This document shows, piece after piece, positions 47,648 to 60,440 of a DNA stretch of 64,000 bases. Position 1 is the stretch's first letter, and every line of letters starts with the position of its first letter. The DNA is from Leucoraja ocellata (lineage: Eukaryota), in the NCBI GenBank assembly GCA_036785375.1, contig JAWMAR010000070.1, positions 7,316,001 through 7,380,000 of the forward strand, given 5' to 3'. A model generated the notes under the pieces. It was given only the letters and a program-made list of their open reading frames with translations, was not told where the DNA came from and ran no database searches. Position numbers and translations under genes: made by a program.

Positions 47648-50600
47648 ATGGCAAAGCTACTTCTTGGAACAGGTAAGAGCCTTTTGTTGTTTAATTCCTT
47701 TTGATATTGGAATACTTTTTGAAAGAATCAGGTTTAGACATTAAATGATGAGAACAGGTTAAATTGTTTCTCAAGTTTTATTATAAAGGTGTCTGAATGG
47801 TCTTGACTCTATCTAACCTTAATCTCCAGAGATGCTGCCTGACCCGCTGTGATACTCCAGCACTTTGTGAAACGTCACCTATCCATGTTCTCCACAGATG
47901 CTGCCTGACCCGCTGAGTTACTCCAGCACTTTGTGAAACGTCACCTATCCATGTTCTCCACAGATGCTGCCTGACCCGCTGAGTTACTCCAGCACTCTGT
48001 GAAACGTCACCTATCCATGTTCTCCACAGATGCTGCCTGACCCACTGAGTTATGGTGCAGCAGCATCTATGGAGCTAAGGAAATAGGCAACGTTTTGGGC
48101 AGAAACCCTTCTGGAAATAGGCAACGTTTCGGGCCGAAACCCAGAAGGGTTTCGGCCCGAAACGTTGCCTATTTCCTTAGCTCCATAAATGCTGCTGCAC
48201 ACGCTGAGTTACTCCAGCACTCTGTGAAACGTCACCTATCCATGTTCTCCACAGATGCTGCCTGACCCGCTGTGATACTCCAGCACTTTGTGTCTATCTT
48301 TGGTGTAAATCAACTTCTGCAGTTCGTAGTTTCTTAATATTTTGTATTTTCCAACGGACCCGAAACGTCACCCATTCCTTCTCTCCGGAGAAGTTGCCTG
48401 ACCTGCTGAATTACTCCAGCTCTCTGTGAAAATCTTCAGAGACATTTAGAAAATCACGAGGGGCAGAGATATGAAGGATGGTCTCTGCCTTTCCCCAGGG
48501 AAGGGGAGTCTAAAACTACAGGGCATTGACACTGAATGTGAGAGGGCAAAGATTTAAAGGCGAATCCAGGGGCAACTGGGACAAGCTAAGATGGGGCATT
48601 TGATCAGCATGGACAAATTGGGCCAAAGGGCCTGTTTCTGCGTTGTGTGACTATGACTATGACTCTAACCTGTTGCCCAGAGGGTGGTGAGTATATGGAA
48701 CGATCTGCCAGAGGAGGCAGATGAGGCAAGTATAATAACATTTAAAAGATATTTGGATGAGTACATGGATAGGAAAGGTTTAGTTTAGAGATACAGTATG
48801 GAAACAAGGCCCTTCGGCCCACGGAGTTCACGCCGACCATTGTTCAGCCTTTCACACTATTTCCATGTTATCCCACTTATGTTTTTAAATCACTCCTGAA
48901 GACATATCTATTCTCCATGGCCTTTGTAGACCAGTGAGGTGTTGAATTGTTTATTAACTTTATTTGCTTGGTTTTGCTGCGTTGTTCGTACTTGTGTTTT
49001 ATGTTTTTTTAATTTATTGTTTGGATTTTTGTATGTAATTTATGCGCCTCGTGTTAGTTGTATGTTCTGTTGTTCTGCCTGTTTTATGATGTCTTGCTTG
49101 TTTTCTTTTTTCTGTACAGCACTTTGGTCAGCTTTGGTTGTTTTTAAGGTGCTTAACAAATAAAGTTATTATTATTATTATTATGCAACGACTCCCTACA
49201 CACGAGGAGCAATTTTACAGAGGGACAATTAACCTTCAATCCCTCACATCTTTGGGATTTGGGTGGAAACCAGAGCTCCTGGAGAAAACCCACTTGGTCC
49301 CAGGGGGAGGGAGTTAAGAGTGTTATTGTCATATGTACCAGAAACAGAACAATCAAATTTATACTAGAATAGCAAGCATAACAGGGTTGATGTACAAATT
49401 CCACACACGTTCAACACCCATAGTCAAGATCAAACCTGGGTCTCTGGCGCTGTGAGGCAGCAACTCTACCACTGCTCCACCGTGCCGCCCACAAGATAGA
49501 TCTTCATAGTTTCCCAACCACTTACATAACAGTGTCATTGTGTAGAGGCCGTAATACAGCCAAGGTTTCATAATTTCATACGTGCTAGGAGCAGAATTAG
49601 GCCATTCGGCCCATCAAGTGCACTCTAGCCACACAATCATGGCTGATCTACCTTTCCCTCTCAACCCCATTCTCCTGTCTTCTCCCCGTAACACCTGATT
49701 TATTACGGTTTGTCATAATCCTAACACGCTGTTCTCTGTTTTCTGTTCCAGCGGTGGTCTTACTGGCCTGCCTGCAACTGGGTGAGTCTTTGTGCATTTG
49801 CAGCCTTGCTTTGCTTTGCGTGAGTGCCACAGAGACATTGTCCTGACCACCCTGTCTCTCCCTTGCCCAGGCTCTGCCTACAGGCTGGTGTGTTACTTCA
49901 CCAACTGGGCACAGTACAGACCAGGAGAGGGTAAATACATGCCCCAGAGCGTGGACCCTTGCCTCTGCACGCACATCATCTACGCCTTCGCTGGAATGAA
50001 GAGCAATCAGATCGCCACCTACGAATGGAACGACCCAAAACTCTACCAGGAGATCAACAGCCTGAAGAACAAGTACAGTCGCTGAATAAATACTAACGCC
50101 TCTGTCCCACTTTCCCGAGTTACTCACGAATTCTCCCGAGTTTTCCCCGTTGATTCAAACTCAGACAATGTCCGTAGCGAGTCCGTAGAGCCATAGGTAC
50201 TCGGGGCATCAGGTAAGTCGGGACGTTTTTTCAGCATGTTGAAAGATGTCCACGAGTAAACAAAAATATCCCCGAATACCATCGGCTGGCATCTCCGAGT
50301 TTGAATCAAGGGGAAAACTCGGGAGAATTCGGGAGTAACTCGGGAAAGTGGGACAGGGGCTTAACCTTGTTTCTCAAATGCCGGGCAATGTTGCGATGTT
50401 TACATTGTCCAGTTTAGTTCATTGTCACCTGTACTGATACAGTGAAACATTTTTGTTGCTTGCTAACCGGTCACTGTATTGGATATTCCCCAAATCCACA
50501 TTCCATAACCCATATTCCACAGTTAATTTAGTTTAGTTTATTATTGTCACGTGTACCATGGTACAACAAAAAGCTTTTTGTTGCGTGCTAACTAGTCGGC

Positions 50601-53600
50601 GGAAAGACTGTACATGGTTACAATCAGGCCGTCCACACTGTACAGACACAGGGTCAAGGGTATAATGTTTAGTGCAAGATAAAGTCCAATGACGTCTGAT
50701 TAAATATAGTCCGAGGGTCTCCAATGAGGTAGATGGGAGGCCAGGGCTGCTCTCTAGTTGGTGAGAGGACGGTTCAGTGGGATAAGCCCACCGTATGGGT
50801 TAGGTGATGCCTAACTTCTCAGAGACAGCTTGGTGGAGACAAATTGCCCTGCTGATTTGGGTCTGATTGGGTTAAATTTAACCATGAATATTCCCTGGTG
50901 CTTGCTGCAAGCGAAGGGACATCCAGTGTTTAATGAACAGTCCATTTCAAACTCTTCGAAATGGTCGATCTAAGTGAACAAGTCGTTTGGAAGCTTATGT
51001 GGCAAGAATCCACCTGTTGTATGTACCGGGTGGCACAGTGTCGCAGCGGGTAGAGCCACTGCCTCACCGCGCCAGAGACCTGGGTTCGTTCCTGACCTCG
51101 GGCACTGTTTGTGTGGAGTTTGCACGTTTGCCATAAGACAGTGAGGGTTTTCTCTGGATTACCGGTTTTCTCCCACATTCTAAAGGGTTTCTAGATTAAT
51201 TGGCCTCTACAATTTGCCCCAAGTGCATAGGGAGTGGATGAGAAAGTGGGATGAAATAGCACTGGTGTGAACGGGTGATCGATGGTCAGCGGGGTCTTTG
51301 ACATGACCCTGTTACACATCCATTTGTTGAAGGTTTTCTCATCTCATCCACCTCCCCTGTCTGAAAGGTGACTTGGTTTAGGGGGATATTCAGGAGAAAG
51401 CTATTGGACAGGCCAACAGAATCATTGTCATAGATTGAGGAAATAGGCCCTTCAGCCCACATAGTGAGACTGGCCCATTGCTTATGAAGCCTTGTTGCAT
51501 AAACTTGCACCTCATTTTCTGTGACCCCCTTGAGATCCAGACTAAGGTAAATCCCCTCAACTAAACGTAACACCAAAGGGGCGAAAAAAACAGAAGATCC
51601 AGAAGTTCCTGAGCAGTTCTGAAAATGTTTTGTTGTTCTAAACATCATTCTAAAACCACATTTTGTCTATTTTTTTTAAGGAATTCAAACCTCAAGACTC
51701 TGCTGTCCATTGGAGGCTGGAACTTTGGCACCCAGAAGTAAGATGGAAACTTTTACATTAGCATTAGATTAAAAAAAGTTATTTTCCAATTGACTGTGAT
51801 ATGGAATTAATATTGAAAGACACAACGTACTGGAGTAATTCCTCAGTAACTCAGCCTGAAGAAGGGGCTTGACCCGAATCGTCACCTATCCATGTTCTCT
51901 AGAGATGCTGCCTGACCCGCTGATTTACTCCAGCACTTTGTGTCTTTTCTTTTTGTAAACCAGCACCTGCAGTTCGATGTGCCCAACGTAAACAGTGGGT
52001 GTGTTTGGTAATTTTGCCATAAATGCCATGTGCCGTTTCATGCCTTTTTTGATGATTTTACCAAGATACCTTTTTCACGATCTAGTGGCTAAATCAGCCT
52101 TTTTTTTGCTGTTTTGCTAAAAGGTCATGCTATTTTGTCTAGTTGTACCATGATTACAATGACATTTTCTATATTAACACGTTAATATTAATGTTATTAT
52201 TAAAGCGTTAACATAGTATAAATTACAAGAAGATTTTCACCTCCGGGATGAAACTGGGGGCGCCACTGTTATTCGTGCCACTGCCCGCTGGTTCAGTCTT
52301 CCCCAACATCTATTCATTGCTTCCAATTTTGCAAACTTCCCACAAGCTACCACTTCCCTTGAGAAAGGTGGTGAAACGTTAGTGAATAACTTGCAGGTTT
52401 TCCACAAAGTAACTGACGATATTCGTAAAGTTCCTGGCGATGTAGGTAAAGACATACAAGGAAATTATGAGAGAGTGATTTTAGCTAACAAAGATCATGA
52501 AGAAATACAAAACATAGCTAAAGTTCTCAAAGGTAATTGTAATGCACAAGGTATCAACGTGAATATAGAGTCTGTAGCTTGTTTCTGGTATGCACCAGTG
52601 ACCTCAGCTGGGGTACAAATAAGTTTTTCACAACTGAAGAATATTCTGTCTGACAGATGGCATAGTTTAACACCAGATAATTTGAAAAAATGCTAGTAAT
52701 TATGTGCAACCAGGCAACTTTGGTCATTTAATGTACTATAACCTTATATTATCATTTTTAACCATATTTTGGTGGTGGAAATAAATGCCTTTTACGTGCC
52801 TTCTTTGTAGTTTTATTATGCCTTTTTGCCTGCCTATTTCAGTTTTTTAGTGCCTAAACATCCTGTAATGATATACACAGAGATAAATATTGAGGGGATA
52901 ATTTTACAGTGAACTGTTTCAGGAGTATTATTAAACAGAGCAGTTTGCAAATTGTAATTTGAACAATATAGGATATTGCTTGCCAAAAAGTAAAATAACA
53001 TAATTTTACGAAAGAATCCTTTCAATAGTGTGTGGCACAGCGGTAGAGTTGCTGCCTTATTGCGCTTACAGCACCAGAGACCCAGGTTCGATCCTGACTA
53101 CGGGTGCTGTCTGTACGGAGTTTGTACGTTCTCCCTGTGACCTCCTGGGTTTTCTCAGAGATCTTCAGTTTGCTCCCACACTCCAAAGACGTACAAATTT
53201 GTAGGTTAATTGGCTTGTTATTAATGTAAATTGTCCCTTGTGTGTGTAGGATAGTGCTAGTGAGCAAAGATCGCTGGTCGGTGCAGACTGGGGGGGGCCG
53301 AAGGGCATGTTTCCACGCCGTATCTCTGAACTAAACGTCATTTTCAGAAATAATAATTTCACATGAAACTTCAGATAATAGCAGGAGAAAGGAGTAATTT
53401 TTTAACCACGTACATTTAATGAAGGCGAGGGTGAATCTGTACATGATAGGATATAACAGCAGATTCACTGCATCACTGAGTACAGTGGCCATTACTACAG
53501 TTCCTTGTGTCTCCGGCACATTTAATTTCTAACTCCTCTCCCCACATCCATCCCTCCTGCAGATTCACCGCGATGGTCGCCTCATCAGGAACTCGGCAAA

Positions 53601-56600
53601 TCTTCATCAAGTCAGTCATCGCCTTCCTGAGAGGGTACGGCTTTGACGGTCTGGACATCGACTGGGAATATCCTGGATCTCGAGGAAGTCCTCCCGTTGA
53701 CAAGCATCTCTACACTGTCCTGGCTCAGGTTCGGTCAAGTACATCTCACTATGAGTTTCTTTAAAATAAATGGGCCAAACTCAGGCCAAACCTATCCTTT
53801 ATCTCCACAGATGCTGCCTGACCCGCTGAGTTCTCCAGCACTCTGTGAAACGTCACCTATCCATGTTCTCCACAGATGCTGCCTGACCCGCTGAGTTACT
53901 CCAGCACTTTGTGGGACTAGTGTAGATGGGACATATTGGTCGGTGTGGGCAGGTTGGGCCAAAAAGTCTGTTTCCACGCTGCATAAGTCTATGACTTGAA
54001 AATGTATCCAATAAATGTAACCTTATTGTCAAGATCACCAAGGACAGATTTTCACAAAAGATTTTAAGAATTCAGAAATTAAGAATTTAATAAAATTTGA
54101 ACCAAGCACCATTTTGAGTGGGGATTAAAAGGTTTCTTCCCCACTCTTGGTTGACACGGTGGCGCAGGGTAGAGTTGCTGCCCTACAGCACCAGAGACGC
54201 GGGATCGATCCTGACCATGGATGCTGTCTGTACGGAGTTTATACGTTCTCCCTGTGACCTCAGGTGCTATTGATTCCTCCCACACTCCAAATATGTGTGG
54301 GTTTGTAGGTTAATTGGCTTCAGTAAATTGTCCCAAGTATGTAGGATATAACTACAGTGAAAGGGTAATCGCTGATCGGCATGGACTCGATGGACTCGAT
54401 GGGCCTGTTTCCAAGCTGCATCTCTAAACCAAACTGAACTAAAATCGAAATTGACACAAAGTGTTGGAGTAACTCAGCGGGTCAGGCAGCATCTCTGAGG
54501 AAAGAGGATAGGCGATGTTTCGGGTCGGGACCCTTTCTAAGACTAGACTTGACCTCTTGCTAAAGGAGCCCTCGATCTCTCTGACCCACAGGAGCTGATG
54601 GCTGCCTTCGAGGCCGAAGGGAAAAGCGCAGGAAAGCCACGACTGCTGCTCTCGGCTGCCGTTGCTGGTGGGATGAGCAACATCGATACTGGCTACGAGG
54701 TTCCTCAGCTCAGCCAGTGAGTGTCCTTCCACATGCAAAGAAACCCAACTTTTCCTGTGGGCGTTTAGCGAGTTTGACGTCGTATTTGAACTAGTTTTTC
54801 ATGGCTCCACAATTTCAATGGTGGGAGCTTCTAGCACGGTGATTGAGATCCATCCACAACCCTAATGCATTCAATGCCTTCATCAGTCGGGGCATTGAGT
54901 GTGAGATTCAGGAAGCCAACTTGCAGCTCTGTAGGTCTTTAGCCAGGAGGCATTTAGAGCATTGCGTGCAGGTCTGGTCGTCTCCATTACAGGAAGCATG
55001 TGGAGGCTTTAGAGACGGTTCAGAGGAGAGTTACCAGAGCGCTGCTTGGATTAGAGGGGATTAGCTACAGGGAGAGGTTCGACAAATTTACAATGTTTCC
55101 TCTGGAACGTCAGAGGTTGAGGAGAGACTTGATAGAAATTTATAAAATCACTAGAGGCATAGATAGTGTAGACAGTCAGAACCTGCTGGGGTGGTGGTTG
55201 AAACAGATACGTTAATGGCATTTAAAAGACCTTTAGATAGGCACATGATCATGCCAGGCATGGAGGGATGTTGGTGATATGCAGGTAGATAAGTGATGGA
55301 CTTGGCATCATGTTCAAGTTTAAAGGAGATATGCATGTTTTTTTTTACAGAGATAGTGGTGGGTGCCTGGAACGCGCTGCCAGGGGTGGTGGTGGAGGCA
55401 GATACGATAGTGGTGTTTAAGAGGGTTGTAGATATACAAGGAATGGAGGGATATGGATCACGTGTAGACAGAGGAGATGAGTTTATCTTGCCGCCATGTT
55501 TGGCACGGACATTGTGGGCAGAAGGGCCTGTTCCTGTGTTGTACTGTTCTGCATTCTGATGTTAATTTGGTGCATGGAGTATCAGGGTGACCCGTCTCCT
55601 CTCTTGCAGGGTAGTTGACTTCTTCAACGTGATGACCTACGATTTCTATGGTCCCTGGAGCCACGTTACTGGAGAGAACAGCCCCCTCTATGCCCTGCCT
55701 AATGACAAGGATTACACCAACACCCACTTCAATGTGGTAAGTGCTCAAGAAAAATAAATCCTGCTCAACTTTTTCAACTCCTCTCTCCGAATTAATAAAC
55801 CCGTTTTGTCAAGTCCATATAACTGGTCCATACACCATGGGGAGCAGACTGTGGAGTTGCATCACAACTAGGTTTGGGAACAGCTCTGAGCCCAAGACCA
55901 CAAGAAATTGCAGAGAGTTGTGGATGGAGCCCAGTCCATCACACAGACCACACTCCCCACCATTAACTCCATCTACACTTCACGCTTCCTCAGAAAAGCA
56001 GCCAACAGAACAAAGACTTGTCCCACCCCAGTCATTTCTCCTTCACCCTGGTCCTGTCTAGCAAAGGTACAGAAGCTTGGAAGCACGCACCACACCACCA
56101 GACTCAGGAACAGCTCCTTCCGCTCTGCTATCAGGCTTCTGAATGGTCCTTCCATAAGCTAGGGTACTGTCCGATTCACCTCTACCCCATTGCGGACATT
56201 GGACTTTGTCTCTGGAACTGATGCGCTACGATGCTGAGAACTATATTCTTCACTCTGTATCTTCCCCTTTGTTCTACCTATTGTACCCGAGATTGATTTT
56301 ACTTCGGAGTCACGTGAGTGATTCCGTGAAGAACCCGTTCAGCACGCATGCGTGGCATTACGTCCAGCAGAGCAACAGCGGCAGGCGGGAGTCGGGCTCT
56401 CCCGCTATGGAGGTGAAAGAACGGACCGTCAGGTAAGCTGACGTCGGTTTCCTTCACAGGGAGCCTTCTGCTGTCCGGCAGAGAAGAAAGGCTCTGCAAC
56501 AAACCTGTCCCCCGCTCGACTCCACGGAGGAGCCTTCCTTCAGGGGGGGCAGCTGGAAGTAACGCAACGGAGGCGTCCAGCCGGTGGCTCCGACTTATCG

Positions 56601-59600
56601 GACGGGGACGTCTCTCCACCCAGGCGGGGGAGAGACAGCCGCCTGAGTCGCATGGAGCGGCTCTTGGAGCAGGAGCTTGGGGGTAATAACAAACCGTCGA
56701 CACCATGTCAGCATCCCTCTGAACATCCACTAAAAAACAGCACTTGTCCAGCATCAAAAAATGGGAGAAGTACTGCTTGGATACAGGGACCACCTACTCA
56801 ACCGCTATAGTGACCAACGTACTGGAATTCCTGGCGAACCTTCACCACGATGAAGGACTTCAGCTACAGAGCCATCAACACAGCTAGAATTGCCCTGCCT
56901 GTCTATTTAAAACCAGCTCCAGGACAACAGGCCATGGGGTCCCACCAGCTGGTGGTCAAACTAATGAAGGGTATTTACAACTCTAACCCCTAGACCAAGG
57001 TACACCCATATATGGGATGTCAGTGTGGTCCTGACATACCTCAGGGGATGCCCACCAGCCAGACCCCTCAACCTGAAACCATCTATGCTCAAAACACTCA
57101 GGTTGATGGCACTTGTAGCTGCACAGAGGGTCCTGTCACTACACCTATTGCGACTGGACACCATGCTCACAGCTCCAGACCAGGTCTCTGTCATTATCCA
57201 GGGAATGATCAAACAGAGCAGACCAGGAACACCTAATCCAGTCGTGGAATTCCGGGCTTACCCGCCAGAAACACCGTTATGTGCCATGACCCTATTATCC
57301 TACATAGACACAACCAAAAATTCGAGGGAGATGAAAAGCCTTGTGGGTCAGTCATAAAAAACCTTATGGTCGGGTGACGAGCCATTTCGAGATGGCTCAA
57401 GCAGGTGCTAAAAGCTGCTGGGATAAAAACTAACATGTACAAAGTTCATTCCACCAGGGCAGCATCCACGTCAACGGCTAAAAGAATGGACGTGCCTATA
57501 AACCACATCCTGGCTACAGCAGGATGGTGGGGGGTAAGACCGTTCAGAAATTTTATAATAAGCCGTTGGCAAAACCTGTTTTATTTGCAGGAAAGATTTT
57601 ACAGACTGCAAATATTTAATTTTAGCCCAGGGGAACAATTTAATTTCTTTGTTGTTATTGTTAAAAAAAAAAAAAATGCCATTGTGTTTTTCTACAAACA
57701 GATTCATTGGTTGATTACGATAACACACTTCCTCCCTCAAAGACTTCGGCAGTGATGTAGTAATAACTGTTACACGGTTTGAAATCACAAAGCTTTGAAA
57801 TCTTCATGGAATCACTCACGTGACTCCGAAGTAAAATTGTAAGATTAAACGAGAACTTACCAGTTTGAAGTTTGATCTGTATTTTATGAGGAGTTACTAT
57901 GAGGGATTACGTGCCCTCCGCTCCCACCCTCAATAATATGGGTCAAATTCATAAACTGATGTCTCCTTATCTTTACTATGTTTACTTCAATAACTGTGTC
58001 TATCTGTGATTCCACACCGCTGCTTTGAAGTATGCCGCGCATGCGTGCTGAACGGGTTCTTCACGTAATCCCTCATCGTAACGCCTCATAAAATACAGAT
58101 CAAACTTCAAACTGGTAAGTTCTCGTTTAATCTTACTATTTGATTGTATTCATGTACGGTATTATCTGATCTGTTTGGAGACTTTTCACTGTGCCTCGGT
58201 ACACGTGATAATAATAAACCTAAACGTAAACATGAGCCTTTGATGCCAACTGTGTCCCTGCAGGAATACGCCATGAACTACTGGAAGAGCAAGGGGGCTC
58301 CAGTGGAGAAGTTGAATGTGGGTTTCCCCACCTACGGACACACATTCAAACTGACCTCGTCCAGCACGGCTGTGGGTGCCCCAGCAGGAGGCCCTGGTCC
58401 AGCCGGCAAATTCACCCGCCAAGCCGGCTTCCTGGCCTACTATGAGGTACTGTACCTACCGACCAATCCAACCGCGTGGCTCTTTACTCAATGTTATCTT
58501 CCAATCCAATACTGAATAACCACACACAACATAGATGGACACAAGGTGCTGCAGCCTGAGGATGGATCTCCACCTGAAACATCGCACACCCATGTTCTCC
58601 GTTCCCCTCCTCAAGAGATCCCCATTTCCTTTCTATCCTCCCCTTCCTCTTTGCCCTCCCCACTATCTCCTTCTCACCACATCTCTCCCTCCGGCTTTAT
58701 ATCTCTCTCCTCCACTTTCTGGACATATCGCTCTTTCCTCTCTTTATATATCTTTCTCTCCTCTTTCTTTTTTTCTCTTTCATGTATTTCTCCTCAACAT
58801 CTCTCTCTACTCTTTCTTCCTCTTTGCACATCTCTCTTCCCCTCTCCTCTCAGTATCTGACACTATTTCATCTCCTGTTCCCCTCCAGCCTTTGTCACTA
58901 TCTCCACCCACCACCCTTGGAGTCAAATGGTTACCCCTCAGATTTAATAGACAATAAGTGCAGGAGTAGGCCATTCGGCCCTTCAAGCCAGCACCATTCC
59001 TATTAAATCTTTCTCCCTCACCCATGTCCTCTGGTTCTCGATTCGCCGTCTCTGCGTTTGCGTTTACCTGATCGGTTCCTCTCATGATTTTTTTCCAACT
59101 CGACAAGATTGGTCCCTAACATCTCCGTCTCTGGGCAGATCTGCGGGTTCCTGAACGGTGCCACCAGCGAATGGAACGCCCCACAAGACACCCCGTACGC
59201 CTTCAAGAATGGAATATGGGTCGGCTATGACAACGTCAAGAGCTTCGGAGACAAGGTACATCTGACCATCGAAGTTCCACCCTTCCTGCGTGAGCCACCG
59301 TGGTCTCGTTTATCTCAATATCTACTGCAGAGTTTCCAACAGTGAACTCCAGAATTATGCTTCAAAATCCTTAGAATCTTTTGTCGTTAACATTCTGCAT
59401 AAAATTTCCGGCTCACCATAAATTCATGGTGTTCGCGTGTCATGGGTTATGGGGAGAAGGGAGGAGAATGGGGTTAGGATTCACATCGGGGAAACTTGGA
59501 ATTTCTGTTTTTATTTCCCAAACCGTGCTGTGATGAATCCCGATAGAAAGCTTTCTACAGCGCATTGTAGAAGCCATTATTGACTGAGGGATGTTGGTGT

Positions 59601-60440
59601 AAAGATGTGAACTGTGTCTTCCAGGTTGAGTGGCTGAAGAAGAACAACTTTGGAGGAGCTATGGTCTGGGATCTGGCTCTGGATGACTTCTCTGGTGCCT
59701 TCTGTCACCAGGGACCCTACCCCCTCATCAACACTCTGCACTCTGGCCTTGGCATCTCTGGAGGTAATGGAGATGTGCGGGACAAGTCTTTCACACGGAG
59801 GGTGGTGGGTGCCTGGAACACGCTACCAGGGGGTGGTGGTGGAGGCAGATAGTGGTAGGACTAGGTATGTAGCTACGTTTTCCACACAGAGGGTGGTGGG
59901 TATAGAGAACAAGCAACTGTTACTCCAGCACATTGTGTCTCTTTTTATAGACCAGCATCTGGGGTAGATGCGAGGTCAGGACCCCGCTGGAGTTGGTGAG
60001 AGGGAGGTTCAGTGGCATAATCCCATTGACTGGGATATTCACACAGTTCCTTGTTATTATGGGGAGAAGGCAGGAGAATGGGGTTGAGAGGGAGGGAACC
60101 ATGATTGAATAGTGGAGTAAACCCAATGGGTTAAATCGCCTAATTCTCCTATGAATTTAGGAGAACTTATAACAAACTGTGTTTCTTTGCAGCTTGCGTC
60201 CCATCCAAGACAACATTGGCGCCGGCGGTCCCACCTACTGATGCTCCTAGTGGTGGTGGAGGCGGTGGCGGCAGTGGTGGTGGAGGCAGTGGCTTCTGTA
60301 AGGGCAAAGCCAACGGTACCTTCGCTGATCCCAAGAACAACAACAAGTTCTACCAGTGCGTCAATGGTCGGACCTACCTGAAGAGCTGTGCCACTGGATT
60401 AGTCTTTGATTCATCCTGTAAATGTTGCAACTGGGCTTAA
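47648..60440 (+). CDS. chia: GH18 chitinase with CBM14 chitin-binding domain (acidic chitinase-like), 472 aa; exons 47648-47672, 49752-49781, 49871-50072, 51681-51737, 53563-53728, 54592-54716, 55610-55736, 58264-58446, 59139-59255, 59625-59763, 60193-60440
   Basis: All introns are GT-AG with compatible phases; total 1419 nt. Motifs [22 protein letters not shown], catalytic [29 protein letters not shown], Gly linker and 6-Cys domain ending CKCCNWA. Orthology to CHIA rather than CHIT1 needs a tree. Confidence 0.93.
47825..48430 (+). repeat. ~66-bp tandem repeat derived from a Penelope-like terminal repeat, with a nested fold-back insertion (~48054-48203)
   Basis: Unit gatgctgcctgacccgctgagttactccagcactytgtgaaacgtcacctatccatgttctccaca; also at 53805-53912. 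Confidence 0.75.
50098..50360. mobile_element. MITE with long TIRs in a chitinase intron
   Basis: ctgtcccactttcccgagttactc...gagtaactcgggaaagtgggacag; related to the fragment at ~170-352. Confidence 0.75.
51993..52865 (+). mobile_element. Decayed hAT-like DNA transposon remnant
   Basis: ORF 52382-52696 ends [33 protein letters not shown], resembling the hAT C-terminal dimerization motif (P.TS..VERSFS); AT-rich; termini degenerate. Confidence 0.55.
56298..58141 (+). mobile_element. Internally deleted DIRS1-like tyrosine-recombinase retrotransposon
   Basis: YR fragments ([25 protein letters not shown]); ITRs at ~56326-56358 / 58032-58064; internal complementary region ~57801-57912; TTT ends, no TSD. 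Confidence 0.88.

Noticed and set aside
47825-48300. CRISPR-like array
   Set aside because: Head-to-tail tandem units with no unique spacers, eukaryotic context, TE-derived.
44799-60440. A fused V + chitin-binding (true VCBP) gene
   Set aside because: Ig and chitin-binding exons are on opposite strands with separate promoters and stops.
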